Source: the human T2T-CHM13v2.0 reference genome, Homo sapiens. Taken from it: a DNA stretch of 64,000 bases. The stretch lies in the NCBI RefSeq assembly GCF_009914755.1, contig NC_060930.1; one strand, given 5' to 3'. The first letter of the stretch is position 1. Each line of letters starts with the position of its first letter. This document shows positions 14,786-28,890 of the stretch, piece after piece. Below the pieces are notes generated by a model. It did not search any database. It had not been told where the DNA came from and saw only the letters and a program-made list of their open reading frames with translations. A program made the translations under genes and the position numbers.

Positions 14786-17700
14786 AGATACATTTCTTCT
14801 AAATTATCTAACTTATGAGTCTAAAATTGTCATGTTGCCCTAGCCTTTTATTGTTTGCAGGATCTGCAGTGGTATCCTCTATCCCTTTCCTGATACCGAT
14901 GATTTGTTTCTTCTTTCTGTTTAAATTTTTGCCAGACTTGCTAAAAGTTTATCAATTTTGTTTATTTTTTAAGAACCAGCTTTTTATTTTGTTGTTTTTC
15001 AATGGGTTTTGCTAGTTTTAGTATCAATGGTTTCTGGGCTTATCTTTATTGTTTCTTTTCTCCTGCTAGCTTTGGTTTTATTTTGCTCTTCTTTTTCCAA
15101 TTGCTAAAGGTAGGAACCTAGATTATTTATGTGAGTCACTTGATCATTTCTAATGTAGACGTTCTGTGCTATGTTTCCCTCTTAGAACTATTTTAGCTGC
15201 ATTCTTCATATTTTAATATGTTGTATTTTCATTTTCATTTGTGTCTGTGTACTTTATAATTTCCTTTGAGAGTTCCTTTTCAATCCATGGATTATTTAAG
15301 TGTGTTAACTTTCAAGTCTTTGGAGATGTCCTACTGTCTTTCTGATTTCTCCTTTATTCTCCTATGGTAAGGGAACATGTTCTTTAGAATTTCAGTGTTT
15401 AAATTCACTTATGTTTATTTTACGACTCAGAATACAATATATTTTGATGAATGTTTCTTGGGTATTTGAAAACAATGCTTATTCTGATGTTGTTCAGTGA
15501 AGCTATATATTTGAATTCAATATATTTGAATTAGATTCTGTTAATTAATTGTATTATTCATATCTTCTATATCTTAGCTGATATTCTATTAGTTCAATTA
15601 GTTGCTGAAAGGGCAATGTAGAAGTGTCTAACTATAATTGTGGACTTGTCTGTTTCTCCTTTAAGTTCTATCAGTTTTTGCTTCATGCATTTTGAGGCTC
15701 TGTTCTTTGGAACATACACATTTCAGACTATTATGTATTTCTTGTAGATTGATTCTTTTATTATTAAATATATCCCTTTTTTGTCTAGTAATATTCTTTG
15801 CTTAGAAGTCTACTATATCAGATATCAATATAGCCAAACTTCCTTTTTGTTATGACTGCATGGTATATTTTTCCATCCTTTTTCTTTCAATCTACCTGTC
15901 TTTTGAATTTAAAGTGATTTTTTTTTGGTAAAAAAAATAGCCAATAGTTGAATCGTGTTGCTATTGTTGTTGTTTAAATCCACACTGCCAAACTCGGTCT
16001 TGTGATTGGTAAAATTAGCCCGTTTATATTTAAAGTAATTGTTGATATGTTAGATCTTAATTCTGACATTTTATTGTCTTCCTTTTGTTTCTTACTCTTT
16101 TTCCTGTGGCTCCCTTTTCTTGCCTTTTTGTTGCTTAAGTATTTTTTAGAATTCCAACTTGATTTAGTTACAGCATTTTTAAATTACTTTGTATAGATTT
16201 TGAGTGGTTGTTCTGGATATTACAATATTCAAGTCTGACTTTTCACAATTTATTGGTATTGATATTTTCCACTTCAACTGAAACGTGGGAACCTTACTTC
16301 CATTGTGATTGCTTTACTCACTTTTAAATATCAATAATATTTGTTTTAATTATGAAATATTGTTTCTGAAATTAATGAGAAGGATATTCTATTGTATGTA
16401 CTCATATTTCTCCCTCTTTCTTGTTTCTTGTTTCTTTTTCTTTCTGATGCTCAAAATTTCTTCTCTTTTCATTTTTTTCTGTTCAAAGAACATTTCATAG
16501 TCATTTTTTAAGGGTAGAATGACTAACAAAAAATTATTAGTTTTCTGTTTTCTGAAAATGTCTTTATTTCACTTTCATTTTAGGAAGATAGTTTTACCAG
16601 ATTTAGAATTCATAAATGATAGTTCTTTTCTTTTAGCACTTCAACACATTGTGCAATTTACTTCTGGCCTTAATGGCTTCAGATGAGATATTAACTCAAG
16701 ATGTTAATTCAAGCTGGTGTTCCCCATACATAATGGGTTGTTTCAAGTTGGCTCCATTCAAGATTTTTTCTTTATTTTTAATTTTCAGAGGTTTAATTAT
16801 TATCTGTACTAGCATGAATTTGTTTGAATTTTTTCTATTTGCAATTCACTCAGTTTTTTAGATTTATGTATTTCACCAAATTTGGAAATTTTAGGCATAA
16901 TTTCTTCAGATATTTTTTAATCTTCATTTTTTTTTCTTTTGGATATCAATGTATGAATATTAGGACTTTTGTTATTGTTCCACAAGTTCTGTTCATATAT
17001 TTTCTATTTTCACTTACTTGATCATTTTAGGTAAATTCTATTGATTTTTCCTTGATTTCATTAATTTTACACTGTATTATCTCCACCCTACTATCAAGTA
17101 CATCAGTTAGATATTTTTATTTAATTTCTATTATCATTATTTTCAGTTATACAGTCTCCACTTCATTATTTTTATGAATTCTTTTTCTTTGCTGAGATTT
17201 TCTATTTTTTCATTTATTTTAAAAGAATTTGTAATTAATTATTGAAGCATATTATGATGATGGCTTTAAAATTTTTGTCAAATAATTGCAACATTTGATC
17301 CATCTCAGTGTTTGTTTCCATTGATTTTATTTTCTAAAGTTGTGATTTTTCTTCTTCTTACTATTACAAGTGATTTTTAATTGCCTCCTAGGCATTTTGT
17401 GTATTATGGTATAAGACTCCGAGTCTTACTTAAATCTTGTATGGGTAGCAGCAGTCACACTAGGTTAAACATAGAGGTTCTGGTCCACTTTTGTGGGCTG
17501 TGGTGGCAATATGAAGACTTGAGAGTTTTACTTTGACCTGCTTGGTTTATGTGGTGGCAGTGGAAGTCATACCAGGTCCTACTGTGGCTGCCTTAAAAAA
17601 GGATTTCCCTTGGCCAAGCTGCCCACTGGTTCTCAGTAGGTGAGAGAGGTCTTAGTGCTACTAGAGTGTAGGATACAAAGATTTCCTTGACTCTTGGCAA

Positions 17701-18221
17701 AGTGACTCAGATTTAGTGCACCAGGATTATAGGAATATGAGGCACAAAGTCAATTGAATGAGAGGGCCTTGCCCCCTGAAATTTCTTCTTTCTTCTTTGT
17801 GCACTTTTAACTTCATTTTATTCTATTTTTATGACAATTGTATTGCTACAGTACTTAGGGAAGAACATTAGTGCTTTCTTCTCCCTTTCTCACATTCCCA
17901 GGTCTTCTACCCACACAGAATTTAGCATGGTAGAGCTTCCTTGGGTTGTTACCATTTGCCCCTATATATACACATAGAACTGAGTAGCTAAAGCAGGAAA
18001 GGGGAAGCGTATGTGTATTTTAAGATTTGACAATAATAAGTTTACACTTCTGGGTGGGGGTGCAGACACACAAATAAGATAATTTCAGATATAGTAAGTG
18101 CTACATGAACAAGAAAATAAAACAATGGTATAGACAGTGATTGGGATGTGTGTGTAGCTAATTCAGTAGACTTCTGGTAGGACCTCAGAAATGCCCAGAC
18201 CATGGTCTTAAATTCGGTAAG

Positions 18222-18917
<696 letters not shown>

Positions 18918-19531
18918 GTGAGTTTAAGGACAATAAGAAGGCCAGTGGGGCTGGAGTATAACTTGCCTCAGACCCACAGTTACAAAACAACTCAGTACAT
19001 TCCCCTTTACCAGGGATCAACATCCCTTTTGCTTATTGGACTTTAATAAACCAGGTCTAATTAATTTCAGATTAACTTTCACATTATATCTTGTAGCCTT
19101 AATGCTTTTTGAAGGAGGAGTGAGTTTCAAGTGGCTTTTAAGAGGACTATACCACTTAATATAGAAATGAGAAGAAGTACAGCAGTGATACACTAAAAAA
19201 AAAAAAAAAAAATCCTTGGCATCCTAGACATGCAAAGTAATTCAAAGAACTGAAAAGACTAATGATAAAAATGAGAAAAAAGTGTACAAGATTCAAGATT
19301 ATGATTATAGTCTTAATCATTATAGTTTATAATTCTGTGTATCACAATGGAGATAGTAACCACTTTTCTCTAACATATTCCTGGAAATAGTGTCATGCAG
19401 TGGATCAGTTTTTTATCTAGAAATGTTCTCATTTGAGATTTAACATTAACTGAATATATGACAGACATAATCAAACATATATCAGAAAAGTTATTATGTT
19501 ATGCACTCCTGTATTCATTTAAAATGAAATA

Positions 19532-19830
19532 GGATGGGCATGGTGGCTCACACCTGTAATCCGAGTGCTTTGGGAGGCTGAAGTAGGCAGAGGACCTGAA
19601 GCCAGGCATTCGAGACCAGCCTGGGAAACATAGTGAGACCCTGTCTCTACAAAAAATTTTAAAAAAACAGCTGTGTGTGTTGGCATACACCTGTAGTCCC
19701 AGCTACTTGGGAGGCTGAGATGGTAGGATCCTTGAGCCTAGGAGTTCAAGGTTGCAGTGAGCTATGATCGCGTCACTGCACTCCAGCCTGGGTCACAGAG
19801 CAAGATCCTGTCTCTGAAAACCTTAATAGA
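19532..19830 (+). mobile_element. AluJ
   Basis: acatagtgagaccctgtctctac, gagctatgatc; TSD-like taaaatgaaata/taaaataaaata. Confidence 0.9.
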
Positions 19831-20229
19831 TAAAATAAAATATTTATGCAAAATCTTCATAATGTTTATGAAGTTACAGAATAGCTTGTCTATATGAGGA
19901 ATAAAATATGTATATATATATATGTTCACTTATTCCACAAAACTTTATTGAACACAATTATATGCTGAACACTGTACTAATTTTATATATTTTATTTATA
20001 TTAATCTCCACAAAATGCTTTTGAGGTAGATACTACTATTACCAGGCTTTTTTCAGATAATAAAAGAAATGCACAGCTAAAAATATCAGGGTGGGGATTT
20101 AAATTCAGGGTGTCTGAATCCAGAACCTACTCTGTTCATTACCAGGCTATATATTTCCTCATTATATAATATTAGTTTCTGATGTCAAAGTGCTCAAATT
20201 AATGTAGAAGGCAGACAAAAATGACAGTA

Positions 20230-22000
20230 TCTTATTAAAAATATATTTTATAGGGTGCTACAGAGGCATTTGGAGGGAGTACTTAGTTCAGAGGGGGATT
20301 TTTCAGAAAGACTTCCTGAAGGAGGTACACAGAAATGAGATTTGAATAGTGAGTGGAAGTTTGCCATCAGAAGATTAGGTAGCAAGGATATTTTAGGCAA
20401 GAAGAGCAAAATATCTATTGCAAAAGTATGAACCTAAAAGAAAAGGATTGGAGTACTGGAAAGTTTTAGGAGGAAAATGAGGGGAGACAAAGAAGTTCAT
20501 ATTATGGAAAGTTTTATAAATCCTAGCATGCAATTTTAAAAGGTTTGTGGCATTAAAGGATCTCAATTGGTGGAGTTAATAACAAATATGTTTTGACAGC
20601 AACATGGGAAATAAAATAAGGGAGAGAAACTGTAGGTACATGGAAAATAATGATCAACTGAGTTAACATATTGGCAACTGGAAGAAGTGGGTGAAGATTC
20701 AACAGCTGTTAGGAGGAAGACTCTCTCTGACTTAGAGGTTAAATTGATAGATAATCCACAACAGAAAAAGGATGTAGGATTGAAGAAGAGATTTTTAAGA
20801 GAAACTAACTGTCACATACTTATGTGTAAAAATTCAAGTAGTGTTAAAAGTGCTCTTCTGTGGAATCTGTCACACCTGAGCTCAGAAGATGACTCTACAA
20901 TTCTCAAATTGTATGATTATATGCAAGATACTTAAGTTTCCAAGGCTGAGCTTCTTTATTCATTCTTCCTTAATGTCTTACAGTCAGTCTCCATGTGCTA
21001 TAACTTCTATTTATTAAAAATAGCTGGAATCTGTATCTTTTAGTTTTCCTAGGCTTTTATCGTATCTTGCTTTAATTATTGCAGAATTCTCTTAATTGGT
21101 CTTCTTGCCTCCAATATCTTCTCCTTCTAGTACATCTTCCACATGACAGCCAGAATAATCTTTCAAAACAAAGAAGGGAAATATATTTTTCTTTAAAGAG
21201 CTCCAGCTTTAGTGAGATACTGAATAAAGGGGAACAAGAGTGGATCAAGGAGACTAGGCGGCCTTATTGTGTAGTCTAGAATTGATTTGATGTTTCAGAT
21301 GTGATTAGAAAGGCAGCCTCAGAGTTGCACAAATGTGGATTTGGAAGAGACAGTTGTGGTGATAGGGGAAGAAAGGGATGTGTAAAGGAAGGCTCCTTAA
21401 TTTATAATGTGTGTTACTAAGTAGAAATGGATCAAAGATGGGGAGAAAGTTGTGTTTATTCTTGGACAAATTGAGAGTGAAATGATTTTGAGATATGCAA
21501 ATGGATACACAGAAGAAGCAATTGAACCTGAGTCTGAGATCTGTACATACCAATGTCATGAGTATACAGGAACCTATGAATTTACAGACATAGATAAAAT
21601 TGTCAAATAATGATGATGGAATGGAAATGTCAGCAGATGTATGACATCACAAATGCCAACATTTCATGGTAAGTAGAAAAGGAAGAACCGGCAAAGGACA
21701 CAAGATGCAACCAGAAAAGTAGAAAGGAAGCAAGGAGGATACAGTGTCACAGGAGCTGCCACAAACATTGTTTCTGGAAGGATATAGTGGTCCACAACTT
21801 TGAATGATGCTGAACAAAATGAAGTCTGAAAAGCCCACTGGATTTAGCAATATGATTCTTACTCAGGACATTAGTACATGGCTTTCTCAGGGAGTAATGG
21901 GTATGAAAGTGAAGAGTAAGTTGAAGAGTAAGTGTGAAATGAGGAAAAGGAGAAAGTAAGTAAAAACAACTTAAAAGAAGTTGGGCTGTGGGAGAAGGGG
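20230..22000. mobile_element. L2 fragments in mixed orientation
   Basis: Minus-like 20230-20760 and 21220-22000; plus-like 20885-21170 (cttccacatgacagccagaataatctttc). Confidence 0.55.
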
Positions 22001-22389
22001 AGAGAGAGAAAGTGATTTTGCTCTCAAGGAACACAGGAATAGCCAGAGTAATCTTTCAAAACAATGAAAGGAAATGTATTTTTCCTTGTTATGAGGAAAG
22101 AATGCATTTAGTTGTGATGTCTATCAGTGCACAGAGGAGGCTTATTGGACTGAGGGAAAAGCAAACCTGAACACCCGGATACTCTCATCAAAATATCCTT
22201 CTGTATTGTGAACCAAGTGTTAAAATAGAAGCTTTACAACAAAAAATAATGACTACATATAGAGCTCCCTCTTGCCCAGTCTATTTACACACCATTGCCC
22301 ACCCTGGTAACAGGAACCTGGGAAATACTGGTTACTTGGTAGATGACTGTTTTTGTTGCACAATAAGACAGAATGGTAAAACAAGCAAC

Positions 22390-22556
22390 AGCCTATCTTA
22401 ATTTAAATTTTCGATATTTTGCTCATCATGCATTTTTGTGTATTCTAAAATATTACATTAAAATGGCATTTATATTGATTACTAAATTTATTGGCATCCC
22501 CTTATATTTTGCACCTGAATTGTATGCCACACTTACCTCAATTTAATGCTGGTCCT
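22390..22556 (-). mobile_element. hAT DNA transposon fragment (MER96B-like)
   Basis: gatattttgctcatcatg...ttggcatccccttatattttgcacctga resembles the recalled consensus. Confidence 0.4.
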
Positions 22557-23107
22557 AATCAAAAAGCAAGGAAATCTGACTGACAATTATGATTAATAGT
22601 GAAGATAATGGGATTAGAACTATTCATGATAATTTAGGAAGTATGTTAACTGCAGAGGGTTCTTAGAAAAAGCTGTAAATAATGACGTAGATAACAAGAA
22701 AGCATACATTAAAGGAGCATTCATTTATTCATTCAAGCAGAAAATATGTTAAATATTCAAAACACTGACTTGAATTTGAAAATCTCCATATTTACTTACA
22801 TGACGCAATTCCTTTTTTAAAGAGTCTTGTGGTCTAATTGAATGTATTTTGCTACCACACTTCTTAGGTAAGAAATTATATTTACATGAGTTGAGAAACC
22901 TCAAGCTGTAACATAGTGTTAAGTGAGAAAAGGGGCTGATTTTTAATATGAATTAATTAGCACTTAGAGTAAGTTTAGATGATAATTCAATGTGATTTTA
23001 TCATTAATTTTGAGTCATGTCAATAAAATGCCATCTTTTGACAGAGATAAATGTTTTGTGGTTTCCTCAGTATTCAAAAACACACCAATTGTACATAAAC
23101 TTTTTTC

Positions 23108-23410
23108 TTTTTTTTCTTCTCTCTCGCTCTTTTTTTTTTTTTTTTTTTTTTGAGACAGTCTTGCTCCAGTGGCGTGATCTTGGCTCACTGAAACCTCCCC
23201 TTCCTGGGTTCAAGTGATTCTTGTGCCTCACCTTCCGAGTAGCTGGGATTACAGGTATGCACCACCCTGCCCAGCTAATTTTTTTTTTTTCGTAGAGATG
23301 GGGTTTCACCATTTTGTCCAGGCTGGTCTTGAACTCCTGACCTCAGGGGATCTGCCTGCCTTGAGTTCCCAAATTGCTGGGATGACAGGCTTGAGCCATC
23401 ACACCTGGCT
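23108..23410 (-). mobile_element. AluS
   Basis: Dimeric antisense Alu; TSD cataaac(t/a)ttttt on both sides. Confidence 0.9.
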
Positions 23411-24700
23411 CATAAACATTTTTTCTTAGCATTTCATTTTGAATGTCTTGAAGGCTCAAAATAGCAAGCATTTTTGCTGGGGTCCTTTTCACAGTATTTT
23501 CAACAACTTATTTTCATTTTATTTATCTTTAGTATGTCAGTAGAATAATGTTTGGTGTTTAACAAGCATAATATAAAACAAAGTTGGATTAATGGATTTG
23601 TTCCTTTGTAGTTCTCATTCTGAGCTAATACTCTACCTAGGTGCAAAATATTTGTAGAAAAAATTATGTACTTTAAGAACAGATGCTCCTTTCATTAGCA
23701 ATTCTATAAGTTTATAAATCTAGACTATTCAAGATTATTTGGGCATATGCCTTCTTTATAGTTTTTTAAAATTTTTATTTATTTATAATTGAGATAATTG
23801 ACACACATATTTATACATATTACTTAAAATTAAAATGTTACTCAACATCTCCATGAGAAAATCTTTAATTCCTTGCTGTATCTGACATTGTATTTTCAAA
23901 GCAATATGGTTTTGGTTGGCCCAGCATATGGCCTTCCATTTGCGGGCAATTAAGGGGGGTCAATAAATAATGTTCATATCTTCTCCTCTTGTGTTCAAAA
24001 CCAGTTGAGAGATAGGCACAGCAGTTGGGCAGATGGAGATAAATATTTTAATTTTTGTCTTTTCCTGATAAATTCTTATTAGAAAATTCTCAATAGAAAA
24101 TGTGAAAATGGATCATAGTACACTAAAATTAGGCAGACTTATTCACCCACTCAGAGGTTGCACTGGTCAATCACAAATCTCTCCTGAGGGTTCTTGCCAC
24201 ATAACATTTGTGTCATGAAGAACAGTCCATTTTCTTCTTCAAGTCATCTATTAGGAAATTTATGATTCCCCTGGAAGGGAATGAATGGAAATACACAGAC
24301 TACAAGAGTTACTTTAAAAGAGTTGTTCTGAAGGTGTGGGTGGAGGATCCCTGCAGCCTCCCCAGAAACATTTTTGGGCTCTGCGAGGCCCTCTTTTTTC
24401 TGACCACTTACCTGTATGAGTCTGGATCCTCATTCTGTACTTCAATCAAAACAATACAGTACATCCCAGTGAAGGAGAAACATTTGAAGATCCTGCTGTC
24501 TTTTATTAAGTCAAACATGAAAGAGATTTGTGGAAATTACAATAGGGCATCTCATTTTGCTAATTTTTGTAAGAACAACATAGTTATTTTTCATAAAATG
24601 ATATCATTTATAGTAACATATAATCAGAATATTTTTCATAAATGATATTTATGATAGCATGTAATAAGTATATTATTTTTACTTTAAATGAATTAATAGG

Positions 24701-25246
24701 TGTATTAGGGCTCTCTAAAGGGACAGAACTAATAGGATAGACGTATATATGAGGGGCAGTTTATTAGGAGAATCAGCTCACAGGATTACAACATGAAATC
24801 CCACACTAGGCTGTCTGCAAGCTGAGGAGCCAGGAAGCCAGGCCGAGGACCCAAACCTCAAAAGTAGGGAAGCCAATAGTGCAGCCTTCAGTCTGTGGCT
24901 GAAGGCTGGAGAGCCCCCTGGGAAATCACTGGTGTAAGTCCAAGAGTCCAAAAGCTGAAGAACATGGAGTCCGATGTTTGGGAGCAGGAAGCATCCAACA
25001 TGGGAGAAAGATGGAGGCCAGAGACTTAGCCAGTCAAGGCTTTCAGCATTACTCTGCCTGCTTTTATCCTAACCTCAATGGGGCAGTTGACTACTTGGTG
25101 TCCACCCAGATTGAGGGGGGTCTGCCTCTCCCAGTCCACTGACTCAAATGTTACTCTCTTTTGGCAACACCCTCACAGACACACCCAAGAACAGTACTTT
25201 GCATCCATCAGTCCAATCAAGTTGACATTCAATATTAACCATCAAA
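24701..25246 (-). mobile_element. MLT2A2-like ERVL solo LTR
   Basis: 546 bp, tgtattagggctctcta...ccaatcaagttgacattcaatattaaccatc; perfect TSD atagg/atagg. Confidence 0.9.
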
Positions 25247-25369
25247 ATAGGTAAACATTTTTAAAATTTCTCAGCTCCTTATACAGTAGATATAACTCAT
25301 ATAAACAAAAGCTCTTTGTTGTCCTCAGAAACATGTAAAAGTGTAAAGATGTCCTGTGATAAAGTTTGA

Positions 25370-25678
25370 GTCTGGGCACAGTGGCTCATGCCTGTAATCC
25401 CAACACCTTGAGAGGTCAAAGAAGGAGGATGGCTTGAACACAGGAGTTTGAGACCAGCCTGGGAAACATGACAAAACCCCATCTCTACAAAAACATAGAA
25501 AAATTAGCAGAATATGGTTGTACACGCCTGTAGTCTCAGCTACTCAGCAGGCTAAGGTAGGAGGATCACTGCAGCCCAGGAGGTTGTGGCTGCGCTGAGC
25601 TGAGATAGTGCCACTGCACTTCATCCTAGGCAACAGAACGAAACCCTGTCTCAAAAAAAAAAAAAGAAAGAAAGAAAG
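25370..25678 (+). mobile_element. AluJ
   Basis: Dimeric Alu; A/(GAAA)n tail; TSD aaagtttg. Confidence 0.9.
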
Positions 25679-27439
25679 AAAGTTTGGGAACCATTGCTCT
25701 AATAGAAGCTCCTTTGCATGAAAACATGAGAAATAGGTAATAATTATTTCTCACTTTGTTCTTTTTATTCTCAGCTCAAAGTATTGGACAGGATATTTGC
25801 TTCATTGCAGACTATTGTTTTAGATGCAGCTAATACTGAGCTAAAGTACAAGCATTCACCAAACATTTTTTTGAACAGAACTTGGCAGTCTTCAATGATA
25901 GTAGATTGTACGTATCTGGGGTAAACTTTATTTAAATCTTACTTGCTGACTTGCTTTTCAACCCTGTTTCACTGGCTTAAATGGAAGGACATTATGGAAA
26001 CAGCCTTGGGAAACTTTTGCTTCTTCAACAATTTTCATACAAAATGTAATTAAAGATTTTTTAAACTAATATAGTGGCATCTTTGGAACGATTCAGGAGA
26101 TATATCTTTCAGATATCAACAACAAAGATCATTGTGCTTACTTTAATCTACTGGGTTCTTTACTCATTGTAAAGATTGTCAGTCTAATTCCTATCATCAT
26201 TCACTCTTATTTGCTGGCTGCTAGTAAGTTTCAGCCCAATTTACAGTCCTCTAGTAAATTTACTGCTTGGTGCTTGGTATTAGCATGTTATTGTGTGCTA
26301 CCCTAATCATGGACCTCAGTTTAGCTTCTCATCTCTCATTTTGTTTTTGTTCTTTGTTCAGATTTATTTCTACTTACCTTCCCTCTTATTTTTCTTGCTT
26401 TCGTATCTTTAAGCCATCTGAAATCTTTTCTAGAAACTAGGAGATTTTCAAGAAATTGTTTAAAAGAACAATTTGAGTGAATCACATAAGCTAAGGAAGT
26501 GGTGCTTTTGAACTTATCCTGTATCTATATTATATGTTAGTTATTATTTTCCCCATAGTCAAAAACAAAAGAAGAAAGGAAACTATGTGAATTTGCAAGG
26601 CTAATGCTTTTATACTAATTAAATATGGGGACCTCAGGGTTTTTGGATTTTTTTCCCCATAATTACTCTAGTATGCCTCTGTCACAGAGTGCTGCCACTT
26701 TTTCATTTGGAATTTTTACGGATCAGTGATATAAATGCAAGTATAAATGAAAAGACTTAAAACATCCAAATCCCTATCTTGATTCATTTAACGAAAATAT
26801 TCTCCCATATTGGCCTTTTTTTCTCCCTGTTCACAAAAGGTATTTATTTCTTTATTGGAAAACTCGTTACATATGCTTGTGCAATGTCAATTAGCGATGG
26901 TGTAACAAGAATTTTATGTTTGAGCTACAATGAATTTCTGAGGAAATCTGTTGTTTTCAAGGCTGAGGCTGCAATTGGAGAAGATCCAAATCATTACCTA
27001 AATTTACATTCTATTGTTATGCATGAATCTTTTTACAACTTCCTATAGGGTATTTAGAAATAAACAAAAGTTTGGTTTGTTTTCTTTTCTCCTTGCTTCT
27101 ATTGTGCTAATATCATTTTATATAGCTAGCATTTGGGGGTAAAATCTAAATTAGAAAAAAAAAACACAGAAGAATTACATCTCAAAAGAAACTCTCTACT
27201 TCATAAGAAATTGGCTGGTGGAAATCAAAGCTACCTTGTGGCTCTTTGCTTTTACAACAGAAACCAAAACCAAAAGTAATACAATAAAATCTATGTTTTG
27301 TTATAAGAGTCTGTTTGCATTACTTTGGGAATTGGTTTAGCCAGTTATGTCTCCATATTTTTGTATTTAAAATCCACTTCTTAAAGATTACTGTTAATTT
27401 TACATTAACAAATCAAGCAATTGTGAAAATACCACAAAA

Positions 27440-27900
27440 TACTGCTCTCCAATGCCGTGTCCCCAAGGAAATGGCCTCTGAGATTGAGATTCCTGTGTGG
27501 GAGGGTTAGCAGGGAGGATGCATCACAAAAACACCTATAAAGGAGTGAAGGAAGGAGGATTGGACAGAAGGAGAATGTGACTGAGATGCAGGCACAACCA
27601 GAGGCTTCAGCTGATAAAACAGGGAGCCTTAGATCTAGAATACACCCCCAGAGGTGTTCCAAACCATCTCAAGTTGAGGCAAGAGCTAGGTCTTTGTAAG
27701 CCTATATGGTCCGGTCATTAGATGAGGCCTGACTTGTGGAGGGGAACATAACCCTTGCCAAAGCAGCTCCTTTCATCTGAAAGCAATTTTGTGGGAGGAA
27801 CTCAGCTGTGAATGATGTTCTATCAGAAGGCAACAGTCCTGGTAGTTGGGGTGGTGGTCTGCGTCCTGAAGGGGAGATCTGAGCAGTATATGGTAGCATC
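27440..27900 (-). mobile_element. LTR16-family ERVL LTR (3' LTR of an ancient provirus)
   Basis: Reverse complement reads cagatctccccttcagga...cagctgagttcctccc...ggagctgctttggcaagg, like LTR16. Confidence 0.65.
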
Positions 27901-28011
27901 CTTGAGCTGCTGGGATCCACTTTGTATAAGGTCACTCCGTGTAGGAATAGTACCTTCAGGTTTCTAGTTTGTCTCTTTTCCTTGTGATATTTGCAAGAGG
28001 TAGATTACTGG

Positions 28012-28755
28012 CATAATTGCCCAACAGGTTCTTTCTGCCCACTGCGCAGGAAACAAAAAAATTCGCTGAGACTATGGTATTGCAGAAATGAAAGAGTTTA
28101 ATTAACACAAGGCCAGCCACCTGGTAGATGTAGTTAGTACTCAAATCAGTCTTCCCAAAAGCTCAGAGGTTAGGGTTTTTCAAGGATAGTTTGGTGGGTG
28201 CTGCTGATTGGTTGGGGATGCAGTCATGGGTGTGGAGAACAGTCTTCCTGCCCTGAGTCCACCACTGGGTGGGGGGCTACTGAACTGGTTGAGTCATGAG
28301 TCATGAGTTCAGGTAGGGTCAGTCAGTTACCAGAAGTCTGAAAAATATCTCAAAAGATGAATCTTAGTTTCGATAATAGTGATGTTATCTATAGAAGCAA
28401 CTGGGGAAGTCACGAATCTTGTGACCTCTGGCCACATGACTCCTGAGCAGTAAGGGATTAAAGAAACTACACCTACACTTTGGCAGATTTCCAGGCCCTC
28501 CTATAATCCTAATCTTGTGGCCTTTCATTAGTGTTACAAAAGCAATTTCAGCCCTCTAACAAGGATGGAATCAGTGATAAGGAGGGATTATCATTGTTCT
28601 TGCTTCAAAGTTAAACTATGAATTAAATTCCTCCCATGGTTAGCTTGGCTTATACCCAGGAATGGCCAAACACAGCCCGCCTGTGAGGCTAGAAGTAAGG
28701 TGGAGTCAGCTGTTTAGTTTCTCTCACTGGCAGCATCTTTGCAAATGCAGTTTCA
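28012..28755 (-). mobile_element. LTR8-family (LTR8A/B-like) ERV1 solo LTR
   Basis: Reverse complement begins tgaaactgcatttgcaaa...gactccaccttacttctagcctc; gactgatttgagta near 3' end. Confidence 0.8.
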
Positions 28756-28890
28756 GTAGGATGAATTTTAGCCCCCACTGCTGTGGTTATTCTTAAGACT
28801 ACACTGATATTTATATTTTCTCTCCTATGTTAACCATTCTTGATTCTCTTGCCATTATCTCTGTTGATCTAGGTGGCTTATCTAGTGTGG

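Larger units (their letters stand above)
11220..17600 (-). mobile_element. Long old L1 (L1MC-class) relic, 3' UTR and decayed ORF2 region
   Basis: 3' end gtaacatcttgcaaaactatagtacaa...ggatattgacattg; ~6 kb of T-rich antisense ORF2-like sequence; no intact ORF. Confidence 0.85.
24318..25698. mobile_element. hAT-Charlie DNA transposon relic interrupted by MLT2A2 and AluJ
   Basis: Termini agttgttctgaaggtgtgg / aaagtttgggaaccattg; internal ttttattaagtcaaacatgaaagagatttg. Confidence 0.6.

Noticed and set aside
15505-15532. Short tandem duplication atatatttgaatt inside L1
   Set aside because: Ordinary slippage in AT-rich repeat DNA
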